Source: Octopus vulgaris
Lineage: Eukaryota
Assembly (NCBI GenBank): GCA_951406725.2
Contig: OX597818.1
Span: forward strand, 29,326,001 to 29,390,000
Direction: 5' to 3'
Length of the DNA stretch: 64,000 bases
The first letter of the stretch is position 1, and every line of letters begins with the position of its first letter. Under the pieces are notes generated by a model, which was not told the DNA's origin, made no database searches, and worked only from the letters and a program-made list of their open reading frames with translations. Shown one piece after another: positions 12,560-28,170 of the stretch. The position numbers and the translations under genes were made by a program.

Positions 12560-13644
12560 AGTCACACACACACACATACTCACGTACCCACGAACACACC
12601 TACTCCCAACACACCACACACACACAACGTACATGCACATGTATGCACACATACTTCCACACCTATACACACACCCACACACCCCCATGCGCACACACAC
12701 ATGCCCGTGCACACACACCGGGGACAATACTCATACAGATACGCACACTCCTATAAACACCTAGCTGAGACGCACAGATACACGCACGTAAGCGCACACA
12801 CGCACATGTACCTTACGCCCACACAACTCCAAACCCCCCACATGTATACATTCACACACACACATACGTACACACACATAATACATACATAGATACATTC
12901 ATACATACACACACACGCATACATACATACATTCATACATACATACACACACACACATACATACACACACATATACCCACACACACGCACGCACACATAC
13001 ATACACACACATACATACATGCATACATACACACACATACACACACATACATATACATACATACACACACACATACACGAATACACACATACATACACAC
13101 ACACATACACACATACATACACACATACACACACATACATATACATACACACACATACATACACACATACACACACATACATATACATACACACACATAC
13201 ATATACACACGTACACACACGCACATACACACATACACGCATGCACACATACATACATATATACACATACATACGCACATACGTACACACACACACTTAC
13301 ATACATACATACATATACACACTCATACATACACACACGCATACACACATACATACACACATACATACATAGACACATATATACATACACACACACATAC
13401 ATATACATACATACGGACACACACATGCACACATACACGCATGCACACATACATATATACACGCACATACATACTATACACACATACACATACACACATA
13501 CATACACACACGCGTACATATACATACATACATACACACATACACACACACATACACACACACGCACGCACATACATACATACATACACACACATACATA
13601 CACACACACACGTACATACATACACACACACAAACTTACATACA

Positions 13645-13691
<47 letters not shown>

Positions 13692-14751
13692 ACACATACA
13701 TACATACATACGCACATACATACACACATACACACACACATACACACACATACATACATACACACACACACATACACTACATACATAGATACATACACAC
13801 ACATACATATACATACATATGTACACACACGCACATACACACATACACGCATGCAAAAATACATACATACACACATACGTACATACATACATACATACAC
13901 ACACACTTATACACATACACACACACATACATACATACGTACGTACATACATACATACACACACACACATACATACATACACACATACACACACACATAC
14001 ACACATACATACATACACACACGCATACATATACATACATACACACATACACACACACATACATACATACACACACGCATACATACACACACACATACAC
14101 ACATACATACATACACACACGCATACATATACATACATACACATACACACATACATACACACACACATATAAACACACATATAAGCCTCTACATTGTACA
14201 CACGCACACATATATACATACATTCACTCGCACGCATGTACACACACACGCACACACACACACATTTACATATATATATATACTATACACTCACACACAC
14301 ATACACACGTACAAACACACCAAAACTCACATACACACCGACAGATATACATACACAATACACACCTATCCGCGCACGCACACATACACACATACAAATG
14401 CACACATACATGCACACACATACACGTACATACACTCTCACACAAATGAACCCACACATACATCCCTACACACACGCACGTACAAGCACACACGCACTAG
14501 GTTAAGCAGCTACTCGCCACACACCCACACTCTACGCATACACACATGAACACACACATGCACACACACACACACTACAAACAACACACACACATGATAC
14601 ATATAGCCCTTTGTTTTTTGACCTGGCTTTGACCTGGCTTGATACAAACAGCTAGTAGTCATAAAGGAGTGCCTTATGACAGCTGACTTTGTCATTGCTT
14701 ATTATTCACCAAAAATACACACACACACGCACAAACACACTTGTCATCCTT

Positions 14752-14790
<39 letters not shown>
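12560..14790. repeat. ~2.2-kb compound (AC)n/(ACAT)n microsatellite
   Basis: Direct inspection; source of the His/Thr and Val/Cys ORFs. Confidence 0.97.
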
Positions 14791-14932
14791 TTCCTTTTTT
14801 GAAACTCTCTTGCTTTTAAAAACCTTGATTCTACCTCTCAACTTCTGTTCTTTCAACATGTGATCTCTTGAGCACCACCAGCTCAAATATTTTTTCCTCT
14901 GTCTTCCCTTCTTGGGATCTTTCCTTCTCCTT

Positions 14933-14967
14933 GTTTCCGACGTAGAGCTCTGCTCGAAACGTTAAAC
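14933..14967 (+). ncRNA. Degenerate minimal hammerhead in a short PLE-derived repeat
   Basis: GUUU-CCGACGU-A-GAGC-ucu-GCUC-GAAA-CGUU-AAAC; core A9 mutated; related relic at 30074-30107. Confidence 0.4.
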
Positions 14968-15069
14968 CCTCCTTCCCTTCTTTCCTGAGCGTCAATAATA
15001 CTTTAATTGTTCCACGTCCTGCGTTGCTGTGTTTTTTTGTCTTTATTTTCTGTGTTTTCTTGTTTGGAT

Positions 15070-15129
<60 letters not shown>

Positions 15130-15504
15130 GTAGAAAAATAAAAACAAACTTCTTGGTACAGTATTATATATATTTGATAAAAATGAGTAGAAATGGCTTT
15201 CCTTTGAGGAATAGTTTTAATTTTAATCTTAAAACAGTGAGTTATTCTAAGTGTGATTTCAGTTTCAAATCTCTGTAGTGCTAAATTGAGGTGAATCTTT
15301 GTTTTTTTCATTTGGTTTCGATGTTATTTCTTTGATACAAAGTTTTCTTGAGAGTATTACTACTCTGCTCCTCCACTGTTCATATCTGTTGGCTAGGTTT
15401 TCATTTTTTAGGGCTCTCCAATATGCTTGTTTTCTTTTATTTACTATGTTATTCCATCTGACTTTTCTTTTTGTATGTCTCCTTTTCCAAGTTGAGTTCA
15501 TTTA

Positions 15505-16030
15505 GTTCATCATCATTTAGTGTCCATTTTCCATACTGGCATGGGTTAGATGGTTTGATTGACACTGGTAAGCTGGAGAGCTGTACAAGACTCCAGTCTG
15601 ATTTAGCTTGCCTGCTACAGCTGGATGCCCTTCCTAACACCAACCACTCTAAGAGTGTAGTGCGTACCATTCACATGTCATTGGCATGGGTGCCTTTTAC
15701 ATGTCACTGATATATGTGCCTTTCATGTGTCAACAGCACTGGCCACAACTATGATTTCACTTAGCTTGACGTGACTTCTCAAGCACAGCAAATTGCGAAA
15801 GGTCTTACTTCAGTGAGACCCAACATCTGAAGATCATGCTTCACCAACACCGTCTCCTATGTCTTCTTGGGTCTACCTCTTCCACCAGTTCCCTCCATAG
15901 TTAGAGATTGCTATTCTTTATGCAGTTGTTCTCATCCGTATGCATCACATGGCCATACCAGCACAGTTGTCTGTCTTACACACCATATCTGATGCTTTTT
16001 ATACTCACTTTTTCTCTTAAGATTAAGATG
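15505..16030 (-). mobile_element. RTE LINE 3' end fragment
   Basis: (CAT)n tail and ggatgcccttcctaac..ccactc 3' motif shared with other RTE copies here. Confidence 0.75.
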
Positions 16031-16055
16031 CTTACACTTTGTTATATGTGCATAC

Positions 16056-16097
<42 letters not shown>

Positions 16098-16098
16098 G

Positions 16099-16182
<84 letters not shown>

Positions 16183-16329
16183 TGCATGCATACATACATA
16201 CATACATACATACATAAATACATACATACATGTGTATTATATCATCATCATCATTTAACGTCCGCTTTCCATGCTAGCATGGGTTGGACTTATATATGTA
16301 TGAATATGTGTATATGGATGATGGCTCAC

Positions 16330-18200
16330 TTGCATTTGATGAGGCTGCAAGGAGAGAGAGAGAGACACTACTATGAAAGGTTGCTAAATGAAGAGAATAA
16401 ATAGGAGGAAGAAAGTCTGCCAAATGTTGACCCAACAGAGGGACCAGCTATCTGAATTGACAGTACCTTGGTAGATAAAGCAATTAAGGGTATAAAGACA
16501 GGGAATGCCTCCAGCCCATCAGGAATCACCGCAGAGATGCTTAAAATATCTGGCGGTGTTGGCTATAGTCTAGTCACCTGTATAGTCAATTTAGGTGATA
16601 CATGAAGGAGTCATACCTAATAAGTGGTGTAGCTGCACCATGGTCAACTGCTACAAAGGTAAAGGTGATGCATAAGATACAAATAATTACAGAGGTACCA
16701 AGTTATTGGATCAGGTAATGAAAGTCATGGAGAGGGTCATAGCCCAACTAATTAGGGAGAGAGTCAGTCTCGATGAGATGCAGTTTGGGTTTGTGCCAGG
16801 GAAAAGCACCACTGATACTATAGTTCTGGTAAGACAGTTGCAGGAGAAATACCTAGCCAAAGATAAACCTCTGTACCTAGCTTTCATTGACATGGAAAAA
16901 GCCTTTGACAGGGTCCCCCAATCCCTTATCTGGTGGTCAATGTGGAAACTAGGGATAGATGATTGGTTAGTGAGAACTGTACAAGCCATGTACAGGGATG
17001 CTGTCAGTAAGGTGAGGGTTGGCAACAAGTATTCTGAAGAATTCCAGGTAGGCGTAGGGGTCCATCAAGAATCAGTCGTCAGCCCCATCTTATTCATCAT
17101 AGTCCTCCAGGCAATAATGGAAGAATCCAAGACAGGATACCTCTGGGAGCTTCTCTATGGTGATGGCCTTGCTCTAATAGCTGAGTCACTGTCAGAACTA
17201 GAGAAGTTTCAGGTGTGGAAGCAAGGTCTAGAATCGAAGGGCCTTAGAGTCAATCTAGCAAAAACCGAGTATTAAAATGTAGGAAGGCAGACAAACCACA
17301 AATCCCTTCAGGTAGATGGTCCTGCTCAATCTGTAGAAAAGGTGTAGATAGAAATTCCATAAGATATACCCAGTGTAAGCTATGGACACACAAGAGGTGC
17401 AGCAATATCAAAGGACCTGGGATGACGTGGTGAAACACAAGCTTCAAATGTTTGGCCTCACCAAAGCGATGACAAGTGACCGAGACCTTTGGAGATATGC
17501 TGTGCTTGAGAAAACCCGGCAAGCCAAGTGAGACTGTAACTGTGGCCTATGCCAGTGCAGCATAACCAACCCATTTCAGAGTACCCTTCAATCATTGGGC
17601 AATAAACTGCGCTTACGAAGACCTGTTGAAGCAAGTGAAATCCTTGTCATGGCCAATGACTGTACTGCCTGATTGTCACCCGTGCCAATGGGACGTTAAA
17701 AGCACCATTTGAGCATGATCATTGCCAGTGCCAACTGACTAGTTCCCATGCCGGTGGCATGTAAAAAGCACCATTCAAGTGTAGTCAATGCCAGTGCTGG
17801 CTGGTGGTACGTAAAAAGCCAGTACCTGACTGGCCCTCATACTGGCAGCACATATAAAGCATCCACTTCTCTCTCAGAGTGGTCGATGTTAGGAAGGGCA
17901 TCCAGCTGTAGAAACTTTGCTGGATTGGATTGGAGCCTGGTACAGCCTTCCAGTTTGCCAGTCCTCAGTCAAACCGTCCAACCCATGCCAGCATGGAAAG
18001 CAGACGCTAAATGACAATGATGATGATGTGTATATATGTATATGTCTGTATACGTTTATATGTATGTATGTAAACATCACCATCATATATTTAATGTCTA
18101 CCTTGTATACTGGCATGCGTTGGATGGTTTGACAGGAGCTGACTAAGCAGAAGACTGCACGAGGCTTCAGTGTCTGTTTTGGCATGGCTTTTATGCCTAG
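16330..18200 (+). mobile_element. 5'-truncated RTE LINE
   Basis: RT ORF 16706-17275 (QFGFVPGKST, DMEKAFDRVP, LLYGDGL); ~59-bp tandem repeats in the 3' UTR; (GAT)n tail near 18010-18028. Confidence 0.9.
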
Positions 18201-18479
18201 ATGCCCTTCCTAGTGCCAATTACCCTGCAGAGTTGACTTTTTCTAATTTTGAATTAATACAAATTGTTTATCATAAGATTACTACCCTCAAAGTTAGTTA
18301 ATTAGAATATAACCAAGCATATTCCTGTCTTTGACAGAAATTCACCACAAAATATTAGAATAACTTTTGGTTGCTTTAATATGAAACAGAATACCATTTC
18401 CAGTGCTCTAATACAAGAGTGACTTGTGATGACATTGGTGGCTAGACCTATCACTTATTCAGTTGAAGAAGGTACCATG

Positions 18480-19362
18480 TAAACTTGATATAGTATGTGT
18501 AGAACAAATCAAGTTGACAGAACTCTTCTTTCTCAAAGATTGAAAGTATTTTTTAAAAATCAAAAAGGATTAACTAGATTATGGCTGGGCGATAACAGTT
18601 TACTCAGAGTAGTCATCCTCAGCTTCCACCACAGCCTCAAGATGGCTCTGGAACCTGGCACATATGTTCCTCACTATGTCTCTGAGAAGGTCTTTGAACA
18701 CCTCCTTGACTTTGACCACCAGCTTGGCTATGTGTTGCAGGCAAAGCAGTCGGTGCCTTTCTCAACAACACCTTACTCAAAGTAACTCATGGGATTACAA
18801 TTGGGATAAATAGGAGGCCAGAAATTGGAGTTGGTGAAGTTGTAGAAATTCTTGGACAACCACTTTTGACACTTTCTGGAGGTATGGCAATGTCCTGAAT
18901 CATGCTGCCACATATGTGACCTTCCAGCAGTAATCCTTTTCAGCCAGTATTTGATCACAGTCTCCACCAGCTTTATATAGCCATCTAAATTGAGCCTGAG
19001 GCTTTGTTCAAAGATATGGAGCAAGATGACATCACCATCACTGTCTCTTCCTGTTGATCATGGCTTCATAGTCTCCATTGCAGCTGTCCATGCCTAGTCT
19101 TACAGCCTTTATGGCGTTCACAGAGAATTCAGCAGTAGTCATGGTGTTGGCATTTTAATATCTGGTGCAAATCATCAGGATGTAGGTAACACTTTTCTGA
19201 TATTCAGACGGCTTCCAGTCCTCCATATCAGCTAACATTTTCTCAACTACAACTTAAAATCTTTATACTTTCCAATGCCATTGTTAGTTCACCAATACAT
19301 CAACCTGTTCCTGAAAAAAGAAACCCTAAAAAATTATCAAATTTTGTCAGAACACCCTATCA
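18480..19362 (-). pseudogene. Decayed DD37D (maT-like) Tc1/mariner transposon
   Basis: WQHDSGHCHTS..WPPIYPNCNPMSY (cf. QQDSAPCH..WPPNSPDCNPLDY) with 37-residue spacing. Confidence 0.7.
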
Positions 19363-19529
19363 AGACAAAATCATTATTTATGCCAAGAACTTGCAGTACA
19401 ACCTCCTTATTGACCCTGCTAATCCCTCATAGTGATCTCATTTATGCAAAATTAGCAAGCCCACATCACAAAGAGCATTCTTTTTTAGAAACTGAAAATT
19501 TCTTTGCTTCTCTCTCCTCTCTCTCTCTC

Positions 19530-19582
<53 letters not shown>

Positions 19583-19901
19583 TGTGTATGTTATATATGC
19601 AATGCATACTTTTATATATACATGCACCATGATAGATACCAAGGTCATTATTCAATTTACAACCCCAAAATTATTGAAGTATATTTTCTTACATTTGTCA
19701 CACTTTAAAATAACAATTTATTATATTGGGTACAAAAAATTTTAGAACAAATGTCAGTTTCACTTTTTAAAATACACCAACTCAGTTTGTTTATTATTCT
19801 AAGACTTAAGCTTTTTATTGACTTTTAAGAAATAATAATTCAGTTTTTTTCATAACTTTTGTTACTATTTGAGCTAATGTATTCTATCCATTTGTTTCCA
19901 G

Positions 19902-19949
19902 CAATTAATACTATAGATGGAAGAGATCTTCAACATCGTAATACAGAAG
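19902..19949 (+). CDS. Host gene exon 3 (48 nt, phase 1->1): AINTIDGRDLQHRNTE
   Basis: Branch-like gctaat + ccatttgtttccAG acceptor, AAG/GTATTT donor, open in the chain frame. Confidence 0.6.
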
Positions 19950-21138
19950 GTATTTTGGCACCCTCTATTCTTATTGATACAAACTTATAAATAAAGGATT
20001 TTCTTTTTGAAACCCTAGATTATATAGAAAGTAACTTAAAGTTCCCTGTGCTAGTGCAATAAAAAGATCAAAAATTTAACCATTTATGATCAGATAGTAT
20101 TTGTCAATGAGCTAATTCTACTGACAGTAAAGAATTGAAAATGCAAGTTGTGACATTAATACCTTCCCCCTCTCGATACTCACCAGTTTACAATGTCTCA
20201 AAAAGGGCAAAAATATGCAAGACTTCTATTTTCATCCAGAAGCCACTAAGAAATTCTTAAGACTATTCTTATTTGAACAAAATTAATTTCTGTTATCAAA
20301 TATTGTATCCATTCCTTCATTACTTTTGAATTAATTTTCTAAATCATAAGATAGAGTATCTTGGATAGATTCTGGGATGAAATTTTGTTGATTTGAGGAG
20401 TTTTATGCATTTCAGTTCAAATGATAGATTTTGTCCACAATACAAAAATAACACTGATGACTGTTAATTTTCCCAAACTACTTCTCTATATACAATCTTT
20501 ATTTTATAAAGTATTGCTTAATCTTATCAGCATCACAATCAAACATTCTTTCATACCTGGTTTATTGGTAAAAATATTACTTTAAAAACAAGGGGAAATA
20601 TTTATTAATCAACATTATAAAACACTAAGACACATGTCTAATTTCTTCTTTGTTTGGGCCCACTTCCTATTACAGATGTAGGACTAGCTGTTAGTTGAAA
20701 GATGAAGCTTTTTACTGAGCAATGTAGGAGATAAAAGTTTACTGTTGACATAAAGAAAAGAGTAGCAACCACCAGCAGTTTTAGCACTAACTTATAAACA
20801 TTTCAAAGCAGAACATAGTATTTTAGTTTAGAAATCAATTTTCCTCATCAGTGCTTACATCATTTCATTGATATCGATGAGTGAAAGTTACATGTGTGTT
20901 CACATGTACACACACTCTCACACACAGCGAGAAATCGAAGTTAAAGCACTGATCCTTAAAAGCATCCTAGTTTTTAGAATGTATTTACATTACAAACAAT
21001 TCTATTTTTTAAAAGTCCATTAAAATTTAAAATAAATTCAGGTTAATATAGCTTGTCTGTGTCATAAATTTAATTACTTTTTGATATATGGAAATAAATA
21101 CAGAAAGTATTTATGCATTTCTATTCATACATTTTCAG

Positions 21139-21195
21139 ATGTACACGAGGTTGCCAATGCCATCTATGATTCATCTGGACACTTAACTGACCTAA
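21139..21195 (+). CDS. Host gene exon 4 (57 nt, phase 1->1): DVHEVANAIYDSSGHLTDL (NxxY)
   Basis: attttcAG acceptor; weak GTATAT donor; open, symmetric phase. Confidence 0.6.
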
Positions 21196-22799
21196 GTATA
21201 TTACCTAGTGATTTTCATTTATGTTTTATTTTTGTTGCTCTCTATTTATTCATTTATTTATTTGCCTAATTAAATTAATAATCTAACTTTCCTAATAGTC
21301 CCTCAATCACCCAAATGTATATCACATTACCTTGGCAAACTAAAACATCCTAATCTGTGACTACTTTATCTTCATCACTTCCAGCCTTTCTTTAGAACTT
21401 AACCCAATATTGTTACATCATCATTTTTTCCCCTCTTCTTAAAATGTTCCCCACATTCTTTTCTTAAAATATTTAATACTGGAACTTATGAACTAAATAA
21501 ATGAGAAAATGACATTACAAAAAACAAATGAAAAATCAGTAAGATGGAACTTGAGAATAAGAACAAATTGATTGACACATTAAAGAGCAACAAAAAGGGT
21601 AAAGCATAAGTAAATGATTGCTGGTCCTGAGTTACTGAAAACTGACATCAAAGAAAATGCACTTAAAATCTTTTAATTTATGTATTTACATTATTCTGGT
21701 TGAGATAATTTGAGAATGGATCAGAATGAATGATGTGATCACAAAATATCAAAAGCACAAGTTCTGCAGAGCCGAACATGTCGCAAAGTTCACAGACAAC
21801 TGATGGATCCATGCAGTTGCTAAATAGTATCCAAAAGATTGGAAAGGCCACTTAGAAGAACTTCACAACAAAGGAGGATGATCTGGTCAAGTCGTTCGGA
21901 TCAAGATGGAAAAGAATTGTACAATCAGGACAGAATTGGAAGTGCATTGTGACCAGCAGTGTATAACAACATCTGGTAGTCTGATCAATACTGTGATACA
22001 GTGATATTTACATTACACTTTGCGTGATTCCTAACTCCCTTAGAAAAGAGAAGGAAAGGTAGTTGTGTTGCACACAGCAGGGAGATGTACTGACATGACT
22101 TCAATAACAATTGATAGGGTGAATTGCTCCATACTTGTCTGTTAGTCACACCTAAAAAGAGTGATGGACCTGGTTGAGAAGAGAGTACAAATCTCTGTGT
22201 ATTAATGCTGCTCTGACCTACAGACTCTAGACCTTGTCCAACCAGAGAACTAATGTAGTTTGTGTTTATCCACATAAACAAGAAACTTGGTTTTAGTGAG
22301 AATCAGACAGAGTAGTAAGAGTAATGGAATGAATTAAATGGAGGGTATCCAATGCTTCTCCATGTTTTAAATAAAATATGGTAGTAGAGGGAACATACGT
22401 TAAAGAGCTAAAGGTAGTAAGAATCCAGAGAGGTTGCAACAAAAGGGTCATTGACCTAATGAGATGTGATGGAATCAAGGGTGTCAATGAAAGAGGGAGA
22501 AATAAGATGGTATTGAGGTGAGCTATTATGGGGAAAGAACATTAAAAGAGGAAATATAGCTGTGGAGAATAAGTGGGTGAATATAACAGAAGTAGTGAAA
22601 AAAAAAGAAAGGCTGAAGGGTCTGCTACAGGTGGGGAGAAGAGCAAAGGATGAATATACTGAAAGTATTTCAGGTAAAGAGACTGCAGAGAGAGGATAGT
22701 GAGTGAATGCCATCTCATGTCTATCTAGATTTTCCTCTTCTATATATCACTGTCCGTTCTGAGTACACAACAATTTTTATGATGCTGTCATCATCCATA

Positions 22800-25200
22800 T
22801 ACGTCACATGTACCAACGTGGTTTTCTCTTTTGCATACTATCTCTCATTTTTCTTGTCCATATTCCATTGGATGATTTGAGAGGTCTTAGGGGTGCATTG
22901 TGCCAGGGACCGCACATGGCAAGGGACTGTGTGGAGACAAAGCCAAACCCATCTGCTACCGGTACAAGTGGACAGGGTATATCACTTGAATCTGAAGCCA
23001 GGGAAAAAGCCATGGGGAAGTTGCTGCCTTTCAAACTTCCCATGTGAGCAAGTAGAGGCTCTCGTGCAGGTGCTGCACCTATAGTTGAAGTCTTAGTTGG
23101 AGGAAAGGTGTTCAAAGCCCTCATGGATATGGGCTGCACAATGTCTCTCATGACACCAAGGGTGACAAAAACAAGTGTAAGGGGATGAGTAGTGTTAGGG
23201 CACTTAACAGCAGTGAAATTGGATGTAAAGGTAGCAGCAAAGTGGAGAAGGTAGTGTGCAATTTATTGCCTAGGTGATGTCAGTGTTTGTAGAGACATGG
23301 TTTCATTTGATGGTGCAGAGGTGTCATGCACTATGAGTCTGCAACAAGAGAGGGGGCAGAGGGTTGTACCGCTTACACCATTGAGGTTAAGGATTTTCAG
23401 GCAGTGTTCAACTGTCAGCAGTGAATGGCTGAGTGGTACCAGAAAGGAGAGCCCCCAACACTGAGGAACAGGCTAAGCTGTTATCAGCATACCTTGAAAA
23501 GAGATGCCAAGAGCAAGTTTGAAAGAGAGGTAGAAAAATGGATCAAGGAGGGTATCTTAATCCTGTGGAAGAAGGAAGTGAAGAGCAGAGTGCTGCCACT
23601 AATGGTTGTGGTGCAGGCAACGAAGGGTAAGGATAGGCCGGTACTGGACTTTAGTGTCTTCTGCAAAGGTCATAAGTCACATAAAAGTGTTCAAGCTAAC
23701 TGTGAAAACACCAGAGCCAAAGGTTGGAGGAGCTGCACTGGGGCTCAAGCTTCAAAGAGACAAAACAGTGTGTTGCTCTTTTCGAGAGCAAATGAGATTC
23801 TGGAACTGGGTACTAGCATCAACAGACAAGAACTATTCTCAATGTGTGGGAGACTAATGGGTCACTATCCAATCACAGCCTGGCTCCAAAAATGTGGCTG
23901 AGTTAGATGACATGCTTAAGTGGGGGAATCTGGCCCTGAAATGGGGCTGCACTTTATCAAAATCTGAACTGATTCGACTACTGTACTTGGATGAGTGGGA
24001 TCAGTGATCACCAATGAAAGGAGGGTTCAAAACAAACAGGCTGCAGAGTTGTTAATAAAGTGCCACCTAGGCGTTCTGGGAGAGCTAGCTGTCAAACTTG
24101 GTTTGAAGCTGAGTGTGGTCTTTGTGCCCTCAGACAAGAATAAGGCATACATTCCAACTGGGGTGAAAAAGGCTTGGTTGGCAGTGCTAGAAGATTTGGA
24201 GCAGAGTATAACTGCAGTGTGTTGGCTAGGTGCCTCAGAACTAAGGAGACTGCATGTCATGAATTATATGGGCATAGATAGAAGCCTGTATCTTACCAGG
24301 AAGGTTGTCTCCAACATTACTAAGCAGAGCATTCAAAAAGTAGTCGGGAGTTGTGATAGGTGTCAATCATTCGACCCTCCTTTTGGGTGTGCATGAGCCA
24401 AGAAACATCTCAGTAGAGCACAACTAGTGATGATTGGCAGTGGATGTGACACATTACTGGCAGGGGATATATCTCTTGATGGTTATCTGTGGACCAGGTC
24501 AGAAAGCAATATGAAGGGAAATTAAGATGGGCACTGCAGATGAGGTTGCACTTATCTTGAATGAGATCTTTTGGGGGCAGGTCCCTGTGAATGAATTGCT
24601 GACAGTCAGACAACAACACTCCATTTTGTTCAAAGGTGCTAAAGGAGATACTCAATAAGTAAAATGTACACCACTTCAGCAGAATGGCTGAGTAGAAATG
24701 GAATCATGGAAAGACACCATCGCATGATCAAGGCCATGGAAGTAGTATTTTGGTACAATATGTCACCCTGATCAGGACAGGCTGAGGAGTCCTTGCTACA
24801 CAAAACGATATTCAAGTATGAATGGCAACATCCATGTACAGCATCACAACACCTTGTGGAAAAGAGAGAGCCTACCTTTGTGCAGGTAGGAAGATGAAGT
24901 TTGCATCAAGCATCCAAAGTCACTCTGTACATCTCAGTGGAACAGAGGGACAGTGATGGCTATTAATTCCAAAAATAATATCTCGGTAGATGGAATGCTG
25001 CATCATGTCTTCAGTGTTCACAGAATTGTTATTTTGTTGGACAACGAAAGTGGAGGAGAGGAAGTGGACAGCACTCCATCCCTGCAGAAATCACAGTGAG
25101 TGAGCCATCTACACAGGTGGATGGCAGATTTCAACATGGAGTGAAGTGAGGTGATTTTTGAGATGAGATGAACTGGGAGGAAAGGGTCAATGACATCAAT
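22800..25200 (+). mobile_element. Decayed Gypsy-like LTR retrotransposon interior
   Basis: Gag knuckle CQGPHMARDC, protease-like KALMDMGCT, RT PLMVVVQ..K.RPVLDF, integrase H..CDRC and LAVDVTHY in PR-RT-RH-IN order; paired LTRs not resolved. Confidence 0.8.
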
Positions 25201-25439
25201 ACCTGAGGGGTCCTACCAGAAGAGAGATTAGGAAGTGGGTGGAAGTAGGACTAGCGTGAGCTGCTTTGACCTCAGGCAGTGGGAGTGGACAGATGTGCAT
25301 TGACATGCAAGCTAGAAAGGGAATTAGCTGTAGGTTCTAGTGTTAGGTCAGACTGGTATGGTGTGACTCAGATTTAACTCAGCTGGACAGTCGACACTGA
25401 AACGTAGGTGAATTGCAATTTGTTCCTCATATTACAGCT

Positions 25440-28170
25440 ACTATTACCCAGGAGCTTTCTGTTAGCATACCCATGTATGGTCTTCTGCTGATAAATGCTC
25501 ATCCTTTCATCTGATGATACATTGCAGTACAGTTATGCGACTTCCTTGGGCACGTGTTTAAGGTTATCAGACAAGGAATGCTGCTCAAGAAACTGCTTTT
25601 CAAGACTCATGATATTATCAGCCTCATGTGCGCAAACTTGGTCAAGGGATGAACTTCAACACTTGGTGGTTAAAGATGTTGCTGAAGAGTTAGGACAGGA
25701 CATTCAAATGCAGTTTGGATCAATGTTAAGCCTCTGTCATCTTGTTTTCATTTTAGGTAGAGGCAGTCTACATCAAAGTTGATGTGGAAATCATATGAGT
25801 TCATTAGTATTTTCCAGGTTTTCACATCAACGGGTTGGATCTCATCAAATATCCAGTCAATTAGCCCAAATGTGGGCCACTGTTTTATTGAATGCAGAGA
25901 GTTCTGAGGTCCATATTTTTTTATTCAGCTGTAATATTCTTTAGTGACATGTGTTTTGTTACAGATGCCATCATAAGTTGTGTTTTCTTCCACTCCTAGG
26001 TACCTGTAATATTCCTCACCAGATACAGGGGAAACAGTTATGTCATTGATGGAGATGTTGCTAGTCTGGTTTACAGTTTTCCCTCTTTTCACAACCATAT
26101 AGCAATTATCCTGACCAAACTCCAATCCTATATCTCTTGAAAATTTTGTAACCAAGTCAAGGCTCTTTTTCATCTCATTCATATTCATCCACAAAGAAAC
26201 AGTGTGTTATTTTGGTGTTTCCATTTTCTTGTTAATCAGTGAGATACCCTTGAGACTTCCTTAACATGATTGACAAGGGGTTTACCAAAAATCTGAACAT
26301 CACAGAGAGGCTATCTCCTTGGGACACACCTCTGTATTCTGTCAGTAATAATTCAATTATTCTTTGTATATAACTTCAAGATAGTGGCCCATGATGAAGT
26401 CAGGTCAGCTATGGCTCTGACTATGCTCACTGGAATTTTATCAAGTCAAGTGCTTCTAGCATCCATGAATGGAGAACAGAGTCAAAGGCTTTCTTGTAGT
26501 CCAGCCACATTGAAACTAGGTTCCTTCTATGCTTCCACACATCTGTCATTAAATTTGTTTATAACAATTGCTTGGCACATCCCCAGACACCTTTCTTCCC
26601 AACTGCTTGTTTTGCTGTGATAATGTTATTACTTTCACAATGGTTTTGGAGGAAGGGGTTTAAACAGGCTGTATATATTTTATACATTAAGTTCTGGGAT
26701 GCAGTTGGTTGATAGTTTGTGGCTGTGTGGGTAGTTCTGCTTTTGGAGATCAGTTTTGTCTCTACCAGAACTAACCAGTGTGGTATGCTACTATTCCCAT
26801 TGAGAGCTTGCTGGTACAGGTTGATACGATAATGTTTGCAGAAGATTAGCTTCTTGTACCAGTAGCCAACAATCCTCTTCCAGGTGCCTTTCTATCTTGA
26901 AATTTCTGGATTACAGTTTTAAGGGTATCATCATCAATGCTGTAAGTCTTGGGTGTAATGCAGAGACAATAACTTCTTCGAATTTCTTCCAGCCAAAGAG
27001 CATCTTGGTTAAACTCCATGTCTTCACTCAAGATTTTTATCCAGAAGGAGTCTATGTCTTCTTGTGAAGGAGTTTCTATGATGTTTACTGCTTCTCTTCT
27101 CATGTCTCTGCACACAGCTGCCTGATTCCAGTTATTACTTTTTTTATTGCTTTTCTTTGAGTTATTCTCGTCTCATGTTGGAGTCTCTTACTGGCAGCTT
27201 TTAGCTCCTACTTACGGATCATCAGTTTGCAATTGAATGTTCTCCTTTTGCTATCTCCAGACATCACTTTTATCTCCTTTACTTTTTGTTAGTGAGACAT
27301 ATAGTGATTTGCTTGTTTGCAAGCAATAAACATCATCACATGGCTGATTGTCTTCTGTAAATCAACTTTGTCTTCAAAACCTATGATGGCACTTTCTTCA
27401 TTGTTTTGGTTTTGTTTACTTTCTGAGTGTCATTCATGTACAGCTTTGCAGTAGTAAACCAGGCATATACACAGGCATTAATATACCAGAATGAAGGCTC
27501 ATTACACTGTTGTAAATACACCTTTCTAATTTCATTGTATTTGGCTTAATTTTGTAGAGAATACACTCTCTTTGAGAGAGTACTTCAAAGCTTTTCTTGA
27601 AAAATTGTATTAAGGGCATATTTCACTGATATAACCCTGTCTGTTACTACTACAATGATCGTTGCAGTTGTGCCTGCTATTTACTATAGTTGTAGTAGAA
27701 GGACAGTGGTTAATTGCTTTAGCCTGTAATGTAGTTTGGCTGGCAGGCAGTATAGTATCTGTTGAAATGTCACTAACTGTGAAACCATATGTTATAACAT
27801 TGTTCACATTTTTGTTTATATTGTTTGGGAGATGGTTAATTTCAGATCTTGCTTTTAATACAGTTTACATTCACTAATTTTCCTATGTTCCACTAATGTT
27901 GCTTGTGGACCTAATTGTTTTGTAGTGAAATTATTTAGTTCTGGGTGGAGATTGTCCCAGTATGATTTCAGTCTATTCATATATCCAACATCAGGATTTT
28001 CTTTCACTCTTTTATATCAGTTAAGTAAATCAGTATTCAGTTCATAACTCCAAGAAAAATGTGTTTTGTATTTACAGTTTCTTCTATAACTACAGCTAAA
28101 AAGAATCTGTTTACCTGTTGAGCTTTTGTTTTTATTCTGAGCCATGTTGTTGTAAATCTGCATGATAAAA
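25440..28170 (-). mobile_element. Decayed R4/Dong-like (RLE) non-LTR retrotransposon
   Basis: FSRDIGLEFGQDNC..YRYLGV (25925-26194); PSQEDIDSFWIKI..KAPG (26846-27115). Confidence 0.7.

Noticed and set aside
12246-14886. Long His/Thr- and Val/Cys-rich ORFs (up to 374 aa)
   Set aside because: Translations of (AC)n/(ACAT)n microsatellite in all frames; the same applies to IY, ER and poly-Y/I ORFs elsewhere
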